DNA of 64,000 bases from an uncultured delta proteobacterium (GCA_963843145.1 CAWJJC010000020.1:713788-777787), one strand, 5' to 3'; counted from the first letter of the stretch, positions 27,408 to 36,843 are shown. The notes: generated by a model from the sequence alone, not told the origin. Translations and numbers: made by a program.

Positions 27408-29734
27408 GAAGCGTCCTTTATCCGGCACAAGGTGCAGAGGGTCTTATCTTTCAAGTCAATAATCCGGTATCCCCTGGCGCAGATCTGGTCACGAATCCGG
27501 TCGGCCTCGGTGAACTCTTTGCGCTGCCGGGCCTGCTCCCGTTGCTCCAGCATATCCCGCACTTCTAAAGGAAGTTCCCGGTCCGGAAAATCAAAAATTT
27601 CCAATACGGTGTTGGTCTGCTTTAAGACCAAATCGATCTCCAGGAACTCTTCAGGGGTAATCCGCTTTTCAATGAATACCGGATTCAGGGCGCGGATGAG
27701 TTTGAAGAGGGCCGACAGGGCCGCCGCAATATTCAGATCGTCGTCCATGGCCCGCTTAAACCGGGTTTTGAAAAGATAAAGGGCCTCGCCGACCTCCGGA
27801 TGCTCTTCCTGCCCCGCTTGCCGGGAATAAAGTTTCTGGACGAATTCATCCAGGCGTTTTAATGTCTTCCGGGACGTCTCCAGGGTTTTAAGGGAAAAAT
27901 GAAGGGGTTTGCGGTAGTGAGTAGACAGCAGCCAGTACCGTACTTCCCGACCGCTGTAGCCCTGGTTCAAAAGGTCCCGTAAGGTGATCACATTCCCGCC
28001 GGCCGGGGAAATCTTTTTCCCTTCCACGTAAACCAGATCGCTGTGCAGCCAGTAGTTCACGAATTTCTTGCCGGTGGCCGCCTCGCTGATGGCGATTTCG
28101 TTTTCATGATGGGGGAAGACCAGATCCATCCCGCTGGTATGGATGTCAAAGGTTTCCCCCAAATATTTTAAGGCCATGGCCGAACATTCCACATGCCAGC
28201 CCGGACGCACATTCCCCCACTCGGTAACGAAATAGATCCCTTTCTTGAGTTCCGAAAGGTTGGTGCGCTTCAGCAAAGTGAAATCCCGGGGGTTGTCTTT
28301 TTCATATTCATCCAGGTCTACGGTTTTCCCAAGCTGGATTTTTTTTAAGTCAACCCGGGATAAGTGGCCATAAGGCTTAAAACGGGAGATATCAAAGTAA
28401 ACCGAGCGGAACTTTTCATAGGCATACCCTTTTTTCAAGAGTTCCCGGGACAGGGCGATCATGTCCTCCACGTGCTCACTGGCCTTAGGATAATGGGATG
28501 CCCGTTTAATCCGCAAGGTGTCGATATCGCTTAAAAACGCCTGGGTGAAATACCCGGTGAAGGCCTCCAGGGTTTGGTTGGCTTCCTCGGCTCCGCGTAT
28601 CGTCCGGTCATGAAGGTCGGTAATATTCATGACATGTTGGACCTCCAACCCCTTAAATTCCAGGTAGCGGCGCAGCAAATCGGCCATGACAAAGCGGCGG
28701 CAATTCCCCAGATGAATCAAAGCGCTGACTGTGGGACCACAGGAATAAATGGAAACCCGGTTTTCCTTGAGGGGGACAAAATTTTCCTTTTCCCGGCTCA
28801 GAGTGTTATAAAAAACCAGCCCGTTTTTTTCCTTTTCATCGAAGAGCGTGGTGCTCAGATAGCGTTCCCCGCCGTCCGGGCAGATGACCACAATCAGGCC
28901 TTTCTTGAGTTGCTGGGCCTTTTGGAGGGCTACAAATACAGCTCCTCCTGAGCTCATCCCCAGCAGCAGGCCTTCTTCCCTGGCCAGCTTCCGGACCGTT
29001 TCAAAGGCCTCTTCATCCTCCACGTTGACTACTTCGTCCAATATGCTCTTGTCATAGATACCGGGCTTGTATGACTCCTTCATATTTTTCAGGCCCTGGA
29101 TCTTATGACCCAAATAAGGCTCCACGCCGACTATTTTTATGTTCGGGTTATATTCCTTGAGCCGCTTGGTCAGGCCCATCAGGGTTCCGGTGGTCCCCAT
29201 AGTGGCCACCACCAGGGTCACCTTGCCCCCGGTCTGCTCCCAGATTTCCCGGCCGGTGCCGTGGTAGTGGGCCATGATGTTGTCCTGGTTATTAAACTGG
29301 TCCGGCAAGAAATAGCGTTCCGGGTTCTCCCGAGCCATTTGATAGACCTTTTCGATGGCCCCATCGGTGCCCAGGTGAGCCGGCGTCAGGAGGATCTTGG
29401 CCCCGTAGGCCCGGAGGATCTTTTGGCGTTCAATGCTGGCCGATTCGGGCATGGCCAGAAGCAGTGGATACCCCCTGACGGCAGCTACCAGGGCCAGACC
29501 GATTCCAGTGTTTCCCGAGGTGGCTTCAATTATGGTTTTATCCTTAGTCAAGGCGCCGCTTTTTTCCGCACCCTCCACCATGGACAAGGCGACGCGGTCC
29601 TTGATCGATCCGCCAGGATTAAAGGACTCGATCTTAGCCCAGACCGCCGCCTTTTTATTGAGATTAAGTCGATTCAATTTGATCAACGGGGTATGGCCGA
29701 TGAGGCTGGTTATGTCGGGAAAGGCGTGTTTCAT
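27395..29734 (-). CDS. cysS: Cysteine synthase (CysM-like) / cysteinyl-tRNA synthetase fusion
   Basis: N-terminal half: NPGGSIKDR (PLP Lys), EATSGNTG, GTTGT, PDGGERYLS. C-terminal half: YNTL, CGPT, HLGN, PGWHVECSAM, FPHHENE, HYRKPL, ADRIRD. Confidence 0.93.
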   Translation of the reverse strand: MKHAFPDITSLIGHTPLIKLNRLNLNKKAAVWAKIESFNPGGSIKDRVALSMVEGAEKSGALTKDKTIIEATSGNTGIGLALVAAVRGYPLLLAMPESASIERQKILRAYGAKILLTPAHLGTDGAIEKVYQMARENPERYFLPDQFNNQDNIMAHYHGTGREIWEQTGGKVTLVVATMGTTGTLMGLTKRLKEYNPNIKIVGVEPYLGHKIQGLKNMKESYKPGIYDKSILDEVVNVEDEEAFETVRKLAREEGLLLGMSSGGAVFVALQKAQQLKKGLIVVICPDGGERYLSTTLFDEKEKNGLVFYNTLSREKENFVPLKENRVSIYSCGPTVSALIHLGNCRRFVMADLLRRYLEFKGLEVQHVMNITDLHDRTIRGAEEANQTLEAFTGYFTQAFLSDIDTLRIKRASHYPKASEHVEDMIALSRELLKKGYAYEKFRSVYFDISRFKPYGHLSRVDLKKIQLGKTVDLDEYEKDNPRDFTLLKRTNLSELKKGIYFVTEWGNVRPGWHVECSAMALKYLGETFDIHTSGMDLVFPHHENEIAISEAATGKKFVNYWLHSDLVYVEGKKISPAGGNVITLRDLLNQGYSGREVRYWLLSTHYRKPLHFSLKTLETSRKTLKRLDEFVQKLYSRQAGQEEHPEVGEALYLFKTRFKRAMDDDLNIAAALSALFKLIRALNPVFIEKRITPEEFLEIDLVLKQTNTVLEIFDFPDRELPLEVRDMLEQREQARQRKEFTEADRIRDQICARGYRIIDLKDKTLCTLCRIKDASCPE

Positions 29735-29737
29735 GGG

Positions 29738-30085
29738 TTATCGCCGCCCAAATCCGGACGGCTTTCTCCTTTTAGGACGATTGATCTTTTCGAACAAGGC
29801 AACTTGCTCAACCAGAGAAAGTTTTACCCGAACCGGTTTCCGGCCGGCCCGGCAGAGGCGGCAGCGGTCCTGGGAACAACCTTGACAGTAATGGCAATCC
29901 GGGCATTTTTTTCGTTTCTTTCCGGTCGGATGACCGGCCGAGGGTCGGATCTCTTCAAAGGGTATTAATCGCTGGCTTTGGCCCGGTCCGGTTATTCCGC
30001 TTGTTTTTTCCCTTAGCGCGCTGCGCGCTGCGCTGAGCGTCTTTTTTTTAACGCCCGGGCTTTTTGTTTTTACCCCGCTGCTCAT
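29738..30085 (-). CDS. Small basic Cys-rich protein (CxxCxxCxxC-x4-CxxC)
   Basis: KKCPDCHYCQGCSQDRCRLCR; stop lies 3 nt before the fusion gene ATG; GAGGGG upstream of the start. Confidence 0.65.
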   Translation of the reverse strand: MSSGVKTKSPGVKKKTLSAARSALREKTSGITGPGQSQRLIPFEEIRPSAGHPTGKKRKKCPDCHYCQGCSQDRCRLCRAGRKPVRVKLSLVEQVALFEKINRPKRRKPSGFGRR

Positions 30086-30124
30086 ACCCTCTGCGCTAGA
30101 CTTACAGTACTCCGCCCCTGATGG

Positions 30125-31954
30125 CTATTCCACCGTTACGCTCTTAGCCAGGTTTCTGGGCTGATCCACATCCGTGCCCCGCAGCACGGCGACGTGGTAG
30201 GCCAGAAGCTGCAGTGGGATGGTGAAGAGGATCGGGGAAAGCGTCCAATGGATCTTAGGGACCCGCAGCAGGTCATCCGCTCCGATCCTGAACCCGGCCC
30301 CTTCCTCCTGATCGGTCAGGGCGATGATCTTCCCGCCCCGGGCCTTGACCTCCTGCAGGTTGCTTTGCACCTTTTCCAGGATCTCGTTTTCCGGCAACAA
30401 AAGAACCGTGGGCAGGTCCTCATCAATCAACGCAATGGGACCATGTTTCATCTCCCCGGCCGGATAGCCTTCGGCATGGATATAAGAAATTTCTTTGAGT
30501 TTTAAGGCCCCCTCCAGGGCGATGGGGTAATGAATCCCCCGTCCCAGAAAAAGAAAGTCCTGGGCCTGAAAGTACCTTTGGGCCACCGCCTGAATCAGCC
30601 CTTCTTTTTCCAGAATCTCCTCGACGCCGCGGGGCAGAAGCAACAGGTCCCGGGCGACCCGGAGGCGCTCTTCCGTTGAAACGCAACCCAGCTCCTGGCC
30701 GATATGCAGGCTCAGGAGCGTTAGGGCGACCAATTGGGTGGTAAAGGCCTTGGTGGAGGCCACCCCGATCTCCGGTCCGGCGTGCGTATAAATTACCCCG
30801 TCCGCTTCCCGGGCCAGGGTACTGCCCACCACGTTGCAGATGGCCAGGATCCGGGCGCCCTTGGCCCGTCCTTCCCGCATAGCGGCCAGGGTATCGGCGG
30901 TCTCGCCGGATTGGGAGATCAGAATAATCAGGGTCTGGGGATTGATGATCGGGTTCCGATAACGGTATTCGGAACCGTAATCCACCTCCACCGGGAGGCG
31001 GCAGTATTCCTCAATAAGAAACTTGGCCACCAGTCCGGCATGCCAGGAGGTCCCGCAGGCCACAATGACCACCCTGCTGATCTTCCGGAGTTCCCCGGCC
31101 TCCAGCCCGAACTCCGGCAGCGTCACCTGCCCGGTTTCCGGTGAAATCCTGCCTCGGAAAGTATCAATGATACATTGGGGTTGCTCAAAAATTTCCTTCT
31201 GCATGAAGTGCTTGAAGCCGGCCTTCTCGGCCATAACCGGATTCCAGGAAATCTTCTGAACCGGCTTTTCAATTTTTTCTTTTTTCCAGTTGAATATCGC
31301 GGGTTGAGGCAAGGTCAGGACGGCCAGGTCCCCATCTTCCAGGTAAATGACCCGGTCGGTATGATGCAAAAAAGCCAGGACATCGGAAGCTACGAAAAGC
31401 TCGCCTTCCCCAAGACCGATGATCAGCGGGCATTCTTTCCGCACGGCAATCATGGTCCGGGGGTCTTTTTGATGGAGGATCACCAGGGCATAGGACCCCT
31501 TAATATCCTCCAGTGCTCTCCGGACCGCCTGAACCAGATCCAGATCCCGGACGTATTTATCGATGAGATGCGCCACGATCTCCGAATCGGTTTCCGAAGA
31601 AAAGCGATGCCCTTCCCCAATGAGTTGATTTTTCAGCTCCAGATAGTTCTCAATGATCCCGTTGTGGACCACGGCGATTTGTCCGGACACATGGGGGTGG
31701 GCATTGGTTTCCGAGGGCCGTCCATGGGTAGCCCAGCGGGTATGACCGATACCGATTCGGCCGACCAGGGGATCACGGGCCAGGATCTCCCCCAACTTGT
31801 TTAATTTGCCCTCGCTGCGGCGAATGGCAAACCCTTCGTCCTGAATCACCGCAATCCCGGCCGAGTCATACCCCCGATATTCCAGGCGCTGCAACCCCTC
31901 ATAGATGATCCCCACCGGATCCTTAGGCCCCAAATACCCTATAATCCCACACAT
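30125..31954 (-). CDS. glmS: Glutamine-fructose-6-phosphate transaminase
   Basis: MCGIIG, LEYRGYDSAG, GHTRWATHG, SQSGETADT, PRNLAKSVTVE. Confidence 0.98.
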   Translation of the reverse strand: MCGIIGYLGPKDPVGIIYEGLQRLEYRGYDSAGIAVIQDEGFAIRRSEGKLNKLGEILARDPLVGRIGIGHTRWATHGRPSETNAHPHVSGQIAVVHNGIIENYLELKNQLIGEGHRFSSETDSEIVAHLIDKYVRDLDLVQAVRRALEDIKGSYALVILHQKDPRTMIAVRKECPLIIGLGEGELFVASDVLAFLHHTDRVIYLEDGDLAVLTLPQPAIFNWKKEKIEKPVQKISWNPVMAEKAGFKHFMQKEIFEQPQCIIDTFRGRISPETGQVTLPEFGLEAGELRKISRVVIVACGTSWHAGLVAKFLIEEYCRLPVEVDYGSEYRYRNPIINPQTLIILISQSGETADTLAAMREGRAKGARILAICNVVGSTLAREADGVIYTHAGPEIGVASTKAFTTQLVALTLLSLHIGQELGCVSTEERLRVARDLLLLPRGVEEILEKEGLIQAVAQRYFQAQDFLFLGRGIHYPIALEGALKLKEISYIHAEGYPAGEMKHGPIALIDEDLPTVLLLPENEILEKVQSNLQEVKARGGKIIALTDQEEGAGFRIGADDLLRVPKIHWTLSPILFTIPLQLLAYHVAVLRGTDVDQPRNLAKSVTVE

Positions 31955-31983
31955 AGTGACACCTCGTCCTTATTATTTGTCTC

Positions 31984-32122
31984 TTCGCCCTTTTGGGTGG
32001 GTACCCCGACCCCAACTTCTGGTATGGCCGTCGGGTCTTGCCGAAAGGGTTTTCCAAAAGTACTCCCGACTTCGAATCCGGGCAAAAGTTACTAATTGCG
32101 ATTACCCATCCAAGAGGGCGAA
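31984..32122. repeat. Copy of the palindromic repeat element with 20-bp imperfect terminal inverted repeats, between glmU and glmS
   Basis: TTCGCCCTTTTGGGTGGGTA ... TACCCATCCAAGAGGGCGAA (2 mismatches); the body closely matches the reverse complement of 2705-2813. Confidence 0.85.
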
Positions 32123-32126
32123 AACC

Positions 32127-33131
32127 TCATATCTTAATAACAGGAACGTCCGTTTTCCGAGCGGTTACCCTTCGATCTTTGATATGGGAAAAAGGAGGCA
32201 CGCTGACGCTCTCTTCCAGAACAGCATTTTCAAGGATTACCTGGGAAGACACCAGACAGCGTCTGCCAATGCGTGTTCGACCTGCGATAACCGTGAAGGG
32301 TCCAATGGTGGTGTCCGGGCCGATTTTAACGGTCTTTTCGATATAGGTATTTTCCGGATCCAATAAAGTGACCCCTTGTTTCATCCATTCCTCGTTGATT
32401 TGCCTTCTCAGGATCAGGCCGGCTCGGGCCAATTCCGTTCGATCATTGATCCCCAGCACTTCCTCGGATTGAGGATGGAGCAACACCGAAACCGACTGCC
32501 CGGATTCCCGGGCCAGTTGAATGACATCGGTCAAATAATATTCCCCCTGCCGGTTTTTTCGGGAGAGCTTAGGCAGGGCGGAAAAAAGAAATCCGGAGTC
32601 AAAGCAATAGATCCCGGCATTCACTTCCTGAATCAGACGTTCTTCCGGGGTGGCATCTTTTTCCTCAACGATTCGCTTTAGGTCGCCCTGGGGATCCCGG
32701 AGGATGCGACCGTAGCCCAGCGGCTGAAGTAAACGGGTGCTTAACAGCGTAACCGGGGATTTCTTCTTCCGGTGGGTTCGAATGATTTTTCCCAGGGTCT
32801 CCTTCTTGAGCAGAGGGACGTCTCCGGACAAGACCAGGATTATTCCGGGAAAGGAATTCAAAATCCTGGAGGTCTGCCGCACCGCGTGGCCGGTCCCCAA
32901 CTGGGGGTCCTGGGTGACGAAGGTCAAACCTGGACGGTCAAAGGCCTGCCGCACATTTTCCGCCTGATGGCCGATGACCACCACCGTTTTTTCGGGCCTC
33001 AGGGCGTTGGCCGCGTCCAAAACGTAGCCTAATAACGGCCGCCCCAACAAAGGATGGAGGACTTTGGCCCGGTCCGATTTCATCCGGGTCCCTTTTCCGG
33101 CCGCTAAAATGATAATCGCTAAGGAAGGCAT
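32127..33131 (-). CDS. glmU: GlmU-like uridylyltransferase with a shortened hexapeptide-repeat domain (334 aa)
   Basis: LAAGKGTRMKS..KVLH, QLGTGHA, GDVPL, GYGRI, EYYLTD, GINDR; only a few LbH turns; adjacent to glmS. Confidence 0.85.
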   Translation of the reverse strand: MPSLAIIILAAGKGTRMKSDRAKVLHPLLGRPLLGYVLDAANALRPEKTVVVIGHQAENVRQAFDRPGLTFVTQDPQLGTGHAVRQTSRILNSFPGIILVLSGDVPLLKKETLGKIIRTHRKKKSPVTLLSTRLLQPLGYGRILRDPQGDLKRIVEEKDATPEERLIQEVNAGIYCFDSGFLFSALPKLSRKNRQGEYYLTDVIQLARESGQSVSVLLHPQSEEVLGINDRTELARAGLILRRQINEEWMKQGVTLLDPENTYIEKTVKIGPDTTIGPFTVIAGRTRIGRRCLVSSQVILENAVLEESVSVPPFSHIKDRRVTARKTDVPVIKI

Positions 33132-33183
33132 AGTTTTTTTTAATGCCGCCGGCTAAAAAAGGCAAGGCAAAAGAAAGAATCCA

Positions 33184-34941
33184 TCAACTTACGGGCCGCA
33201 GGATGATAAACCCGGAAACAAATCTGGGGTCTGCTTTCCCGCCGGCCGGGATCCTTCCCAGTTCGGCCTCCAGTTTACTAATCAGGAACTCCAGCCACCA
33301 GCGCAGAACTTCGTCTTCAGCCGGCGATAACTCCGGGCCCTTATCCGTGAATAAGCGATAGCCGAGCTGAAAAACTTTTGACCCGGCTGGAGTAAGTCCG
33401 GCTTCCGGGTTTTGTTCGAAAAGCAAACCCTTCACCCGCTTCCAATCTTCAACGGTCAACGGTTGCAACACGGTCTGTCCGCGTAGCATCCGGTTAGCCA
33501 AGACGGTCAAACAAACAGCGCTTAGCGGGGGATCGGGTTGATAAAGAGAAACCGTGCCAAGGCGATTGATCTCCTCCGCGGCGACCCCCAGGCGCTGGGA
33601 GATCAATCGGCCCAGTTCGGCCAGTTTATCCAGCAACGCCCCGGTCTCTGCGAGTGCCCTCAAGTCCTGGAAAGGACGGTAATTCCCGCCTCCGGATTGA
33701 TCATAATACAGCGGCCTTTTAAAAAGAAGGCCCCGGATCGTTTCCTTGAAAGGCGAATCCAGTACCTCCTCCCGCAGGAGGATATCCCGGTACCATTCCC
33801 CGCTGCGAATAATGGCTTCCGCCCGGAATTTCAGTTCCAAACCCAGGCTGTGCCCGGTTTGAAAAACCCGGAGGAGGGGGATACTCCTCAGGATCTCTCC
33901 GGCCGTCCCCAAATCATCCCGACTTAAATGGCGCAACCCCAGATCCAGGAATTGGAAGGCCTTTTGGACCGATTGGTAGATCGGCGCCGGCTCATTCACC
34001 TCGGCGCCGTCGGCCACCAAAATCTGATTGGCCAGGTGCGCCAGTTCCCATTTGATTCGAGTGATCTCCCCTTCCTCCACCCCCCGGTTCAAGGCGGCGT
34101 AAAGGAACGTTCCCTCCCCGGCGGATTCGAGGTGGCTGGGAGGATAAAAAGAGGCTTCCGGCAGGGACCGTTCCGGAAATTTCTCCTTACGAACCTGATC
34201 GCTGGGAACATACTGGTAGATTTCCAGGGCCTCATAAAACTCGGGAAAACCCCGGTCGGCCAATCGTCCCCGGCGCCATTGAAGGGCGGTCTCTTCTTCT
34301 TCCAGCGGCAGGCGCAGGTGGACCCATTCCAACAAATTCTGATAATAGAGGGGGTCATCGGTACTCAGGAATTTCAGAAATCGGGTTATTAGAGGCGCAT
34401 TCTTTCCACTTAGAAATTGCACATAATAATAGCCGTCCAGAGTAAAGCCGTTATTATCCAGGGATTCGCCTATTTCATCGTCCAGACTTTCCATTTTGAC
34501 GACTCGGATCAGCTTCTGAAAAAGGGCCACGAGTAACTCGGAATCCACGGTGTCAAAAAGCTGTCTAAGTTTTTCCTCCCCGCAGGCCTCCAGCGTCTCC
34601 AGCCAAACGATGCTATTCTCCTGATTCAATTGATCTTTTTTCCAGAGGTCGAGGTCCAATAAATGGACGATTTGCTCCGGGGTGGCCAGGGAAATCAAAT
34701 CAACGCTCTCCTTAATTCCCAACCCTTTGACGGTGAGGAACAGATCGGTTTCCGGGATCTGAGCCACCAGCTCCCTCGGATCGGGGGAGTTCAAGATAGA
34801 TTCTAGCCGCTCCTCTAGGGGCAAAGAAAGAATGGCCCGGGTTTCTTCCGTTGAAGGAAAATAGCTCTGATCCACGAAAGGAAGTTCGGCGTCAAACCCG
34901 GCGGGTTCATCGTTAACTTGATTTTTTTCTTTTTCCGACAT
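33184..34941 (-). CDS. Conserved hypothetical protein (DUF6178-like)
   Basis: 585-aa ORF with LDLDLW..D, EE.ALQWR.GRL.D.GFP...EA..IY, LAN..LVAD. Confidence 0.7.
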   Translation of the reverse strand: MSEKEKNQVNDEPAGFDAELPFVDQSYFPSTEETRAILSLPLEERLESILNSPDPRELVAQIPETDLFLTVKGLGIKESVDLISLATPEQIVHLLDLDLWKKDQLNQENSIVWLETLEACGEEKLRQLFDTVDSELLVALFQKLIRVVKMESLDDEIGESLDNNGFTLDGYYYVQFLSGKNAPLITRFLKFLSTDDPLYYQNLLEWVHLRLPLEEEETALQWRRGRLADRGFPEFYEALEIYQYVPSDQVRKEKFPERSLPEASFYPPSHLESAGEGTFLYAALNRGVEEGEITRIKWELAHLANQILVADGAEVNEPAPIYQSVQKAFQFLDLGLRHLSRDDLGTAGEILRSIPLLRVFQTGHSLGLELKFRAEAIIRSGEWYRDILLREEVLDSPFKETIRGLLFKRPLYYDQSGGGNYRPFQDLRALAETGALLDKLAELGRLISQRLGVAAEEINRLGTVSLYQPDPPLSAVCLTVLANRMLRGQTVLQPLTVEDWKRVKGLLFEQNPEAGLTPAGSKVFQLGYRLFTDKGPELSPAEDEVLRWWLEFLISKLEAELGRIPAGGKADPRFVSGFIILRPVS

Positions 34942-35065
34942 AGAGAATTCTACAATAATGGAGACCCGCCAAGCAAAAAGAGAAGAAGCCCCTCAGGCTC
35001 TCGACTCTTCGCCCTCTTGAGTGGGAGGGCCTTCAACCCACAATTCAACAGGGCGGGTTCCGAAC

Positions 35066-35350
35066 CTAGTGAAATTTCTGTTCGCCCTGGTCGACCACCT
35101 TTATTGGACCAAATTGCCGTTCATACTTTTCCAGGTTATCCTCCAGGGCGTTGATGATCCTCCTCAAGTTGCTGGGGCTGACCATGATCCGGGAAACTAA
35201 AAACGTCCCACTGGGGGAGTTCAAAAGCCAGTCCAGGATGAACTCCTCTGGGCTGTGGGAAGCGATCAAGGAATTGCTGTAACGGCCGCGCATCATTTCG
35301 TCGCCGGTGTTGATTTGGATCTGCTGAGACGGGTTGTTCGGGTTGGTCAT
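35066..35350 (-). CDS. DUF3467-like small protein
   Basis: G.YSN...SHSPEEFILD, SRI.VSP...RI..AL.DNL.KYE..FG. Confidence 0.8.
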   Translation of the reverse strand: MTNPNNPSQQIQINTGDEMMRGRYSNSLIASHSPEEFILDWLLNSPSGTFLVSRIMVSPSNLRRIINALEDNLEKYERQFGPIKVVDQGEQKFH

Positions 35351-35440
35351 GGTGGCCCCCTTAAAATATCAAATTATTTCTTCAGTATATACTTTTATTG
35401 GTCGACAAAAAAGAGAAAACGCTTGACCACCAGAAGCCGG

Positions 35441-35920
35441 CTATGCTCTTGCCCTCGGCCCTCCTTGGCCGGCAGAGGCCACCACGACCAAAGGTATTGG
35501 TTCAACAACCTGGAGCCTGCTTACCGTAAACGTAGACCCCCGGGGCTTGTAGGCCACGCAGTCGATCTCCACGGCTCCGCCCAGGGCGAGTTCCACCCTT
35601 CCCACCGTTATCCGCGCCGGGGGATCCGTCCCCATGACCGCCAGGTAGGCCTGGTTCATCTCGGCAAAAGTCCCCATGTCGGCCAGGAAGACGTTGACCT
35701 TGACCACGTCTTCCAGCGCGGCGTCGCAGGCCCGCAGGATGGTTTCGATGTGCCGCAGGGTCTGCGTGGTCTGCGGACCGGTTCCGCCCTCTACCAGTTC
35801 CAGGGTATTGGGTTTGGTGCCCAGAATTCCGGAGACATAAATGAAATCACCGGCCATCACCGCGTGGCAGAAGGCCGGCAGCCTGGCCAGCCCTTCCACG
35901 ATAACTTTTTTTCCAGCCAT
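35441..35920 (-). CDS. RidA/YjgF family protein
   Basis: FIYVSG, DVVKVNVFL.DM..F.EMN.AY, PPARITV, L..G..VEIDCVA; start chosen after GGAGG. Confidence 0.88.
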   Translation of the reverse strand: MAGKKVIVEGLARLPAFCHAVMAGDFIYVSGILGTKPNTLELVEGGTGPQTTQTLRHIETILRACDAALEDVVKVNVFLADMGTFAEMNQAYLAVMGTDPPARITVGRVELALGGAVEIDCVAYKPRGSTFTVSRLQVVEPIPLVVVASAGQGGPRARA

Positions 35921-36051
35921 AATGCCCTCCTCCAATGTACTATAGATTGTAGGACCTTCGTAGGGAGTCAAAGTTCGGACGGCTCGGCGAAACCTCCCTA
36001 CCACTATCGTGACTCATGAACCCTCCGCCCCCTCTTCCGGCAGACAATGGA

Positions 36052-36843
36052 TCACCCGGCAGGGCGAAAATCGGCCACGACAGGCAGGTGGTCCGAGGCC
36101 AAAAGAGTCTTGCGGTTCCGAATCAAAGCGGCCCGCACCAGTTCGAGGTGTTTCTCAAAATAGATATGATCCAGGGATAGCAAGGGCAGCACCCCAGGGT
36201 AGGTCCGGTACCTGGACCAGCGGGTCTTAATCCGTACGCGCTGGAAATGGGTTCCCAAAAGGTGGGAAGCCAGCCCCGGTATCCATTCGTTAAAATCCCC
36301 CACAATGAGCCCGGCACCGATGCGCCGCCCTTCCTTCAGCATTTGCTGGTCAAAAAGTTTTTGGGCCTGCACTCGGCGCTCGTGAAAAGCCGTCCCCAGA
36401 TGAAGATTATAGACATGGAGCAGACGGCCGGATTCAAGTCGGAGGTCGGTTCGCAGGCAGCCCCTTTCTTCCCTCCCGGCATGACTGAGGTCATAGTGTT
36501 TTTCGAAAATCACCGGAAAACGGCTCAGGGTGACATTCCCGTAGGCCCCTCCTCGGAGCCGGCGGGTTTCCCCGATCCGGAAATGAAAACCCAGCGCCTC
36601 GGCGATAAATCGGGCCTGGTGGGCTTCCGGCTCTTTACCCTCTACGCTTAAGACTTCCTGCAAGGCCACGATATCCGGTTTAAGGCCCTGAAGGATCTCG
36701 GCGACCCGTTGAATTCGGTTGCGCCGGTCCATTCCCCGGCCCTTATGGATATTGTAAGTCATTACCCGAAAAAAATCGGGTTTCCCCTTCCGGGAGTCGG
36801 TTTCAGGATTCTGTGACTGAAATTTCGTTGTCTTGGTCATCAC
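36052..36843 (-). CDS. Endonuclease/exonuclease/phosphatase family hydrolase (YbhP-like)
   Basis: [36 protein letters not shown]. Confidence 0.88.
   Translation of the reverse strand: MMTKTTKFQSQNPETDSRKGKPDFFRVMTYNIHKGRGMDRRNRIQRVAEILQGLKPDIVALQEVLSVEGKEPEAHQARFIAEALGFHFRIGETRRLRGGAYGNVTLSRFPVIFEKHYDLSHAGREERGCLRTDLRLESGRLLHVYNLHLGTAFHERRVQAQKLFDQQMLKEGRRIGAGLIVGDFNEWIPGLASHLLGTHFQRVRIKTRWSRYRTYPGVLPLLSLDHIYFEKHLELVRAALIRNRKTLLASDHLPVVADFRPAG

Noticed and set aside
32060-32085. tRNA T-arm-like TTCGAATCC inside the repeat
   Set aside because: The stem register does not form a T-arm, and no acceptor, D or anticodon arms are present.
31955-32126. glmS ribozyme upstream of glmS
   Set aside because: No AGCGCC core or ribozyme stem arrangement on the minus strand. 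GACGAGG is just the RBS region, and the spacer is a repeat also found next to flgE.
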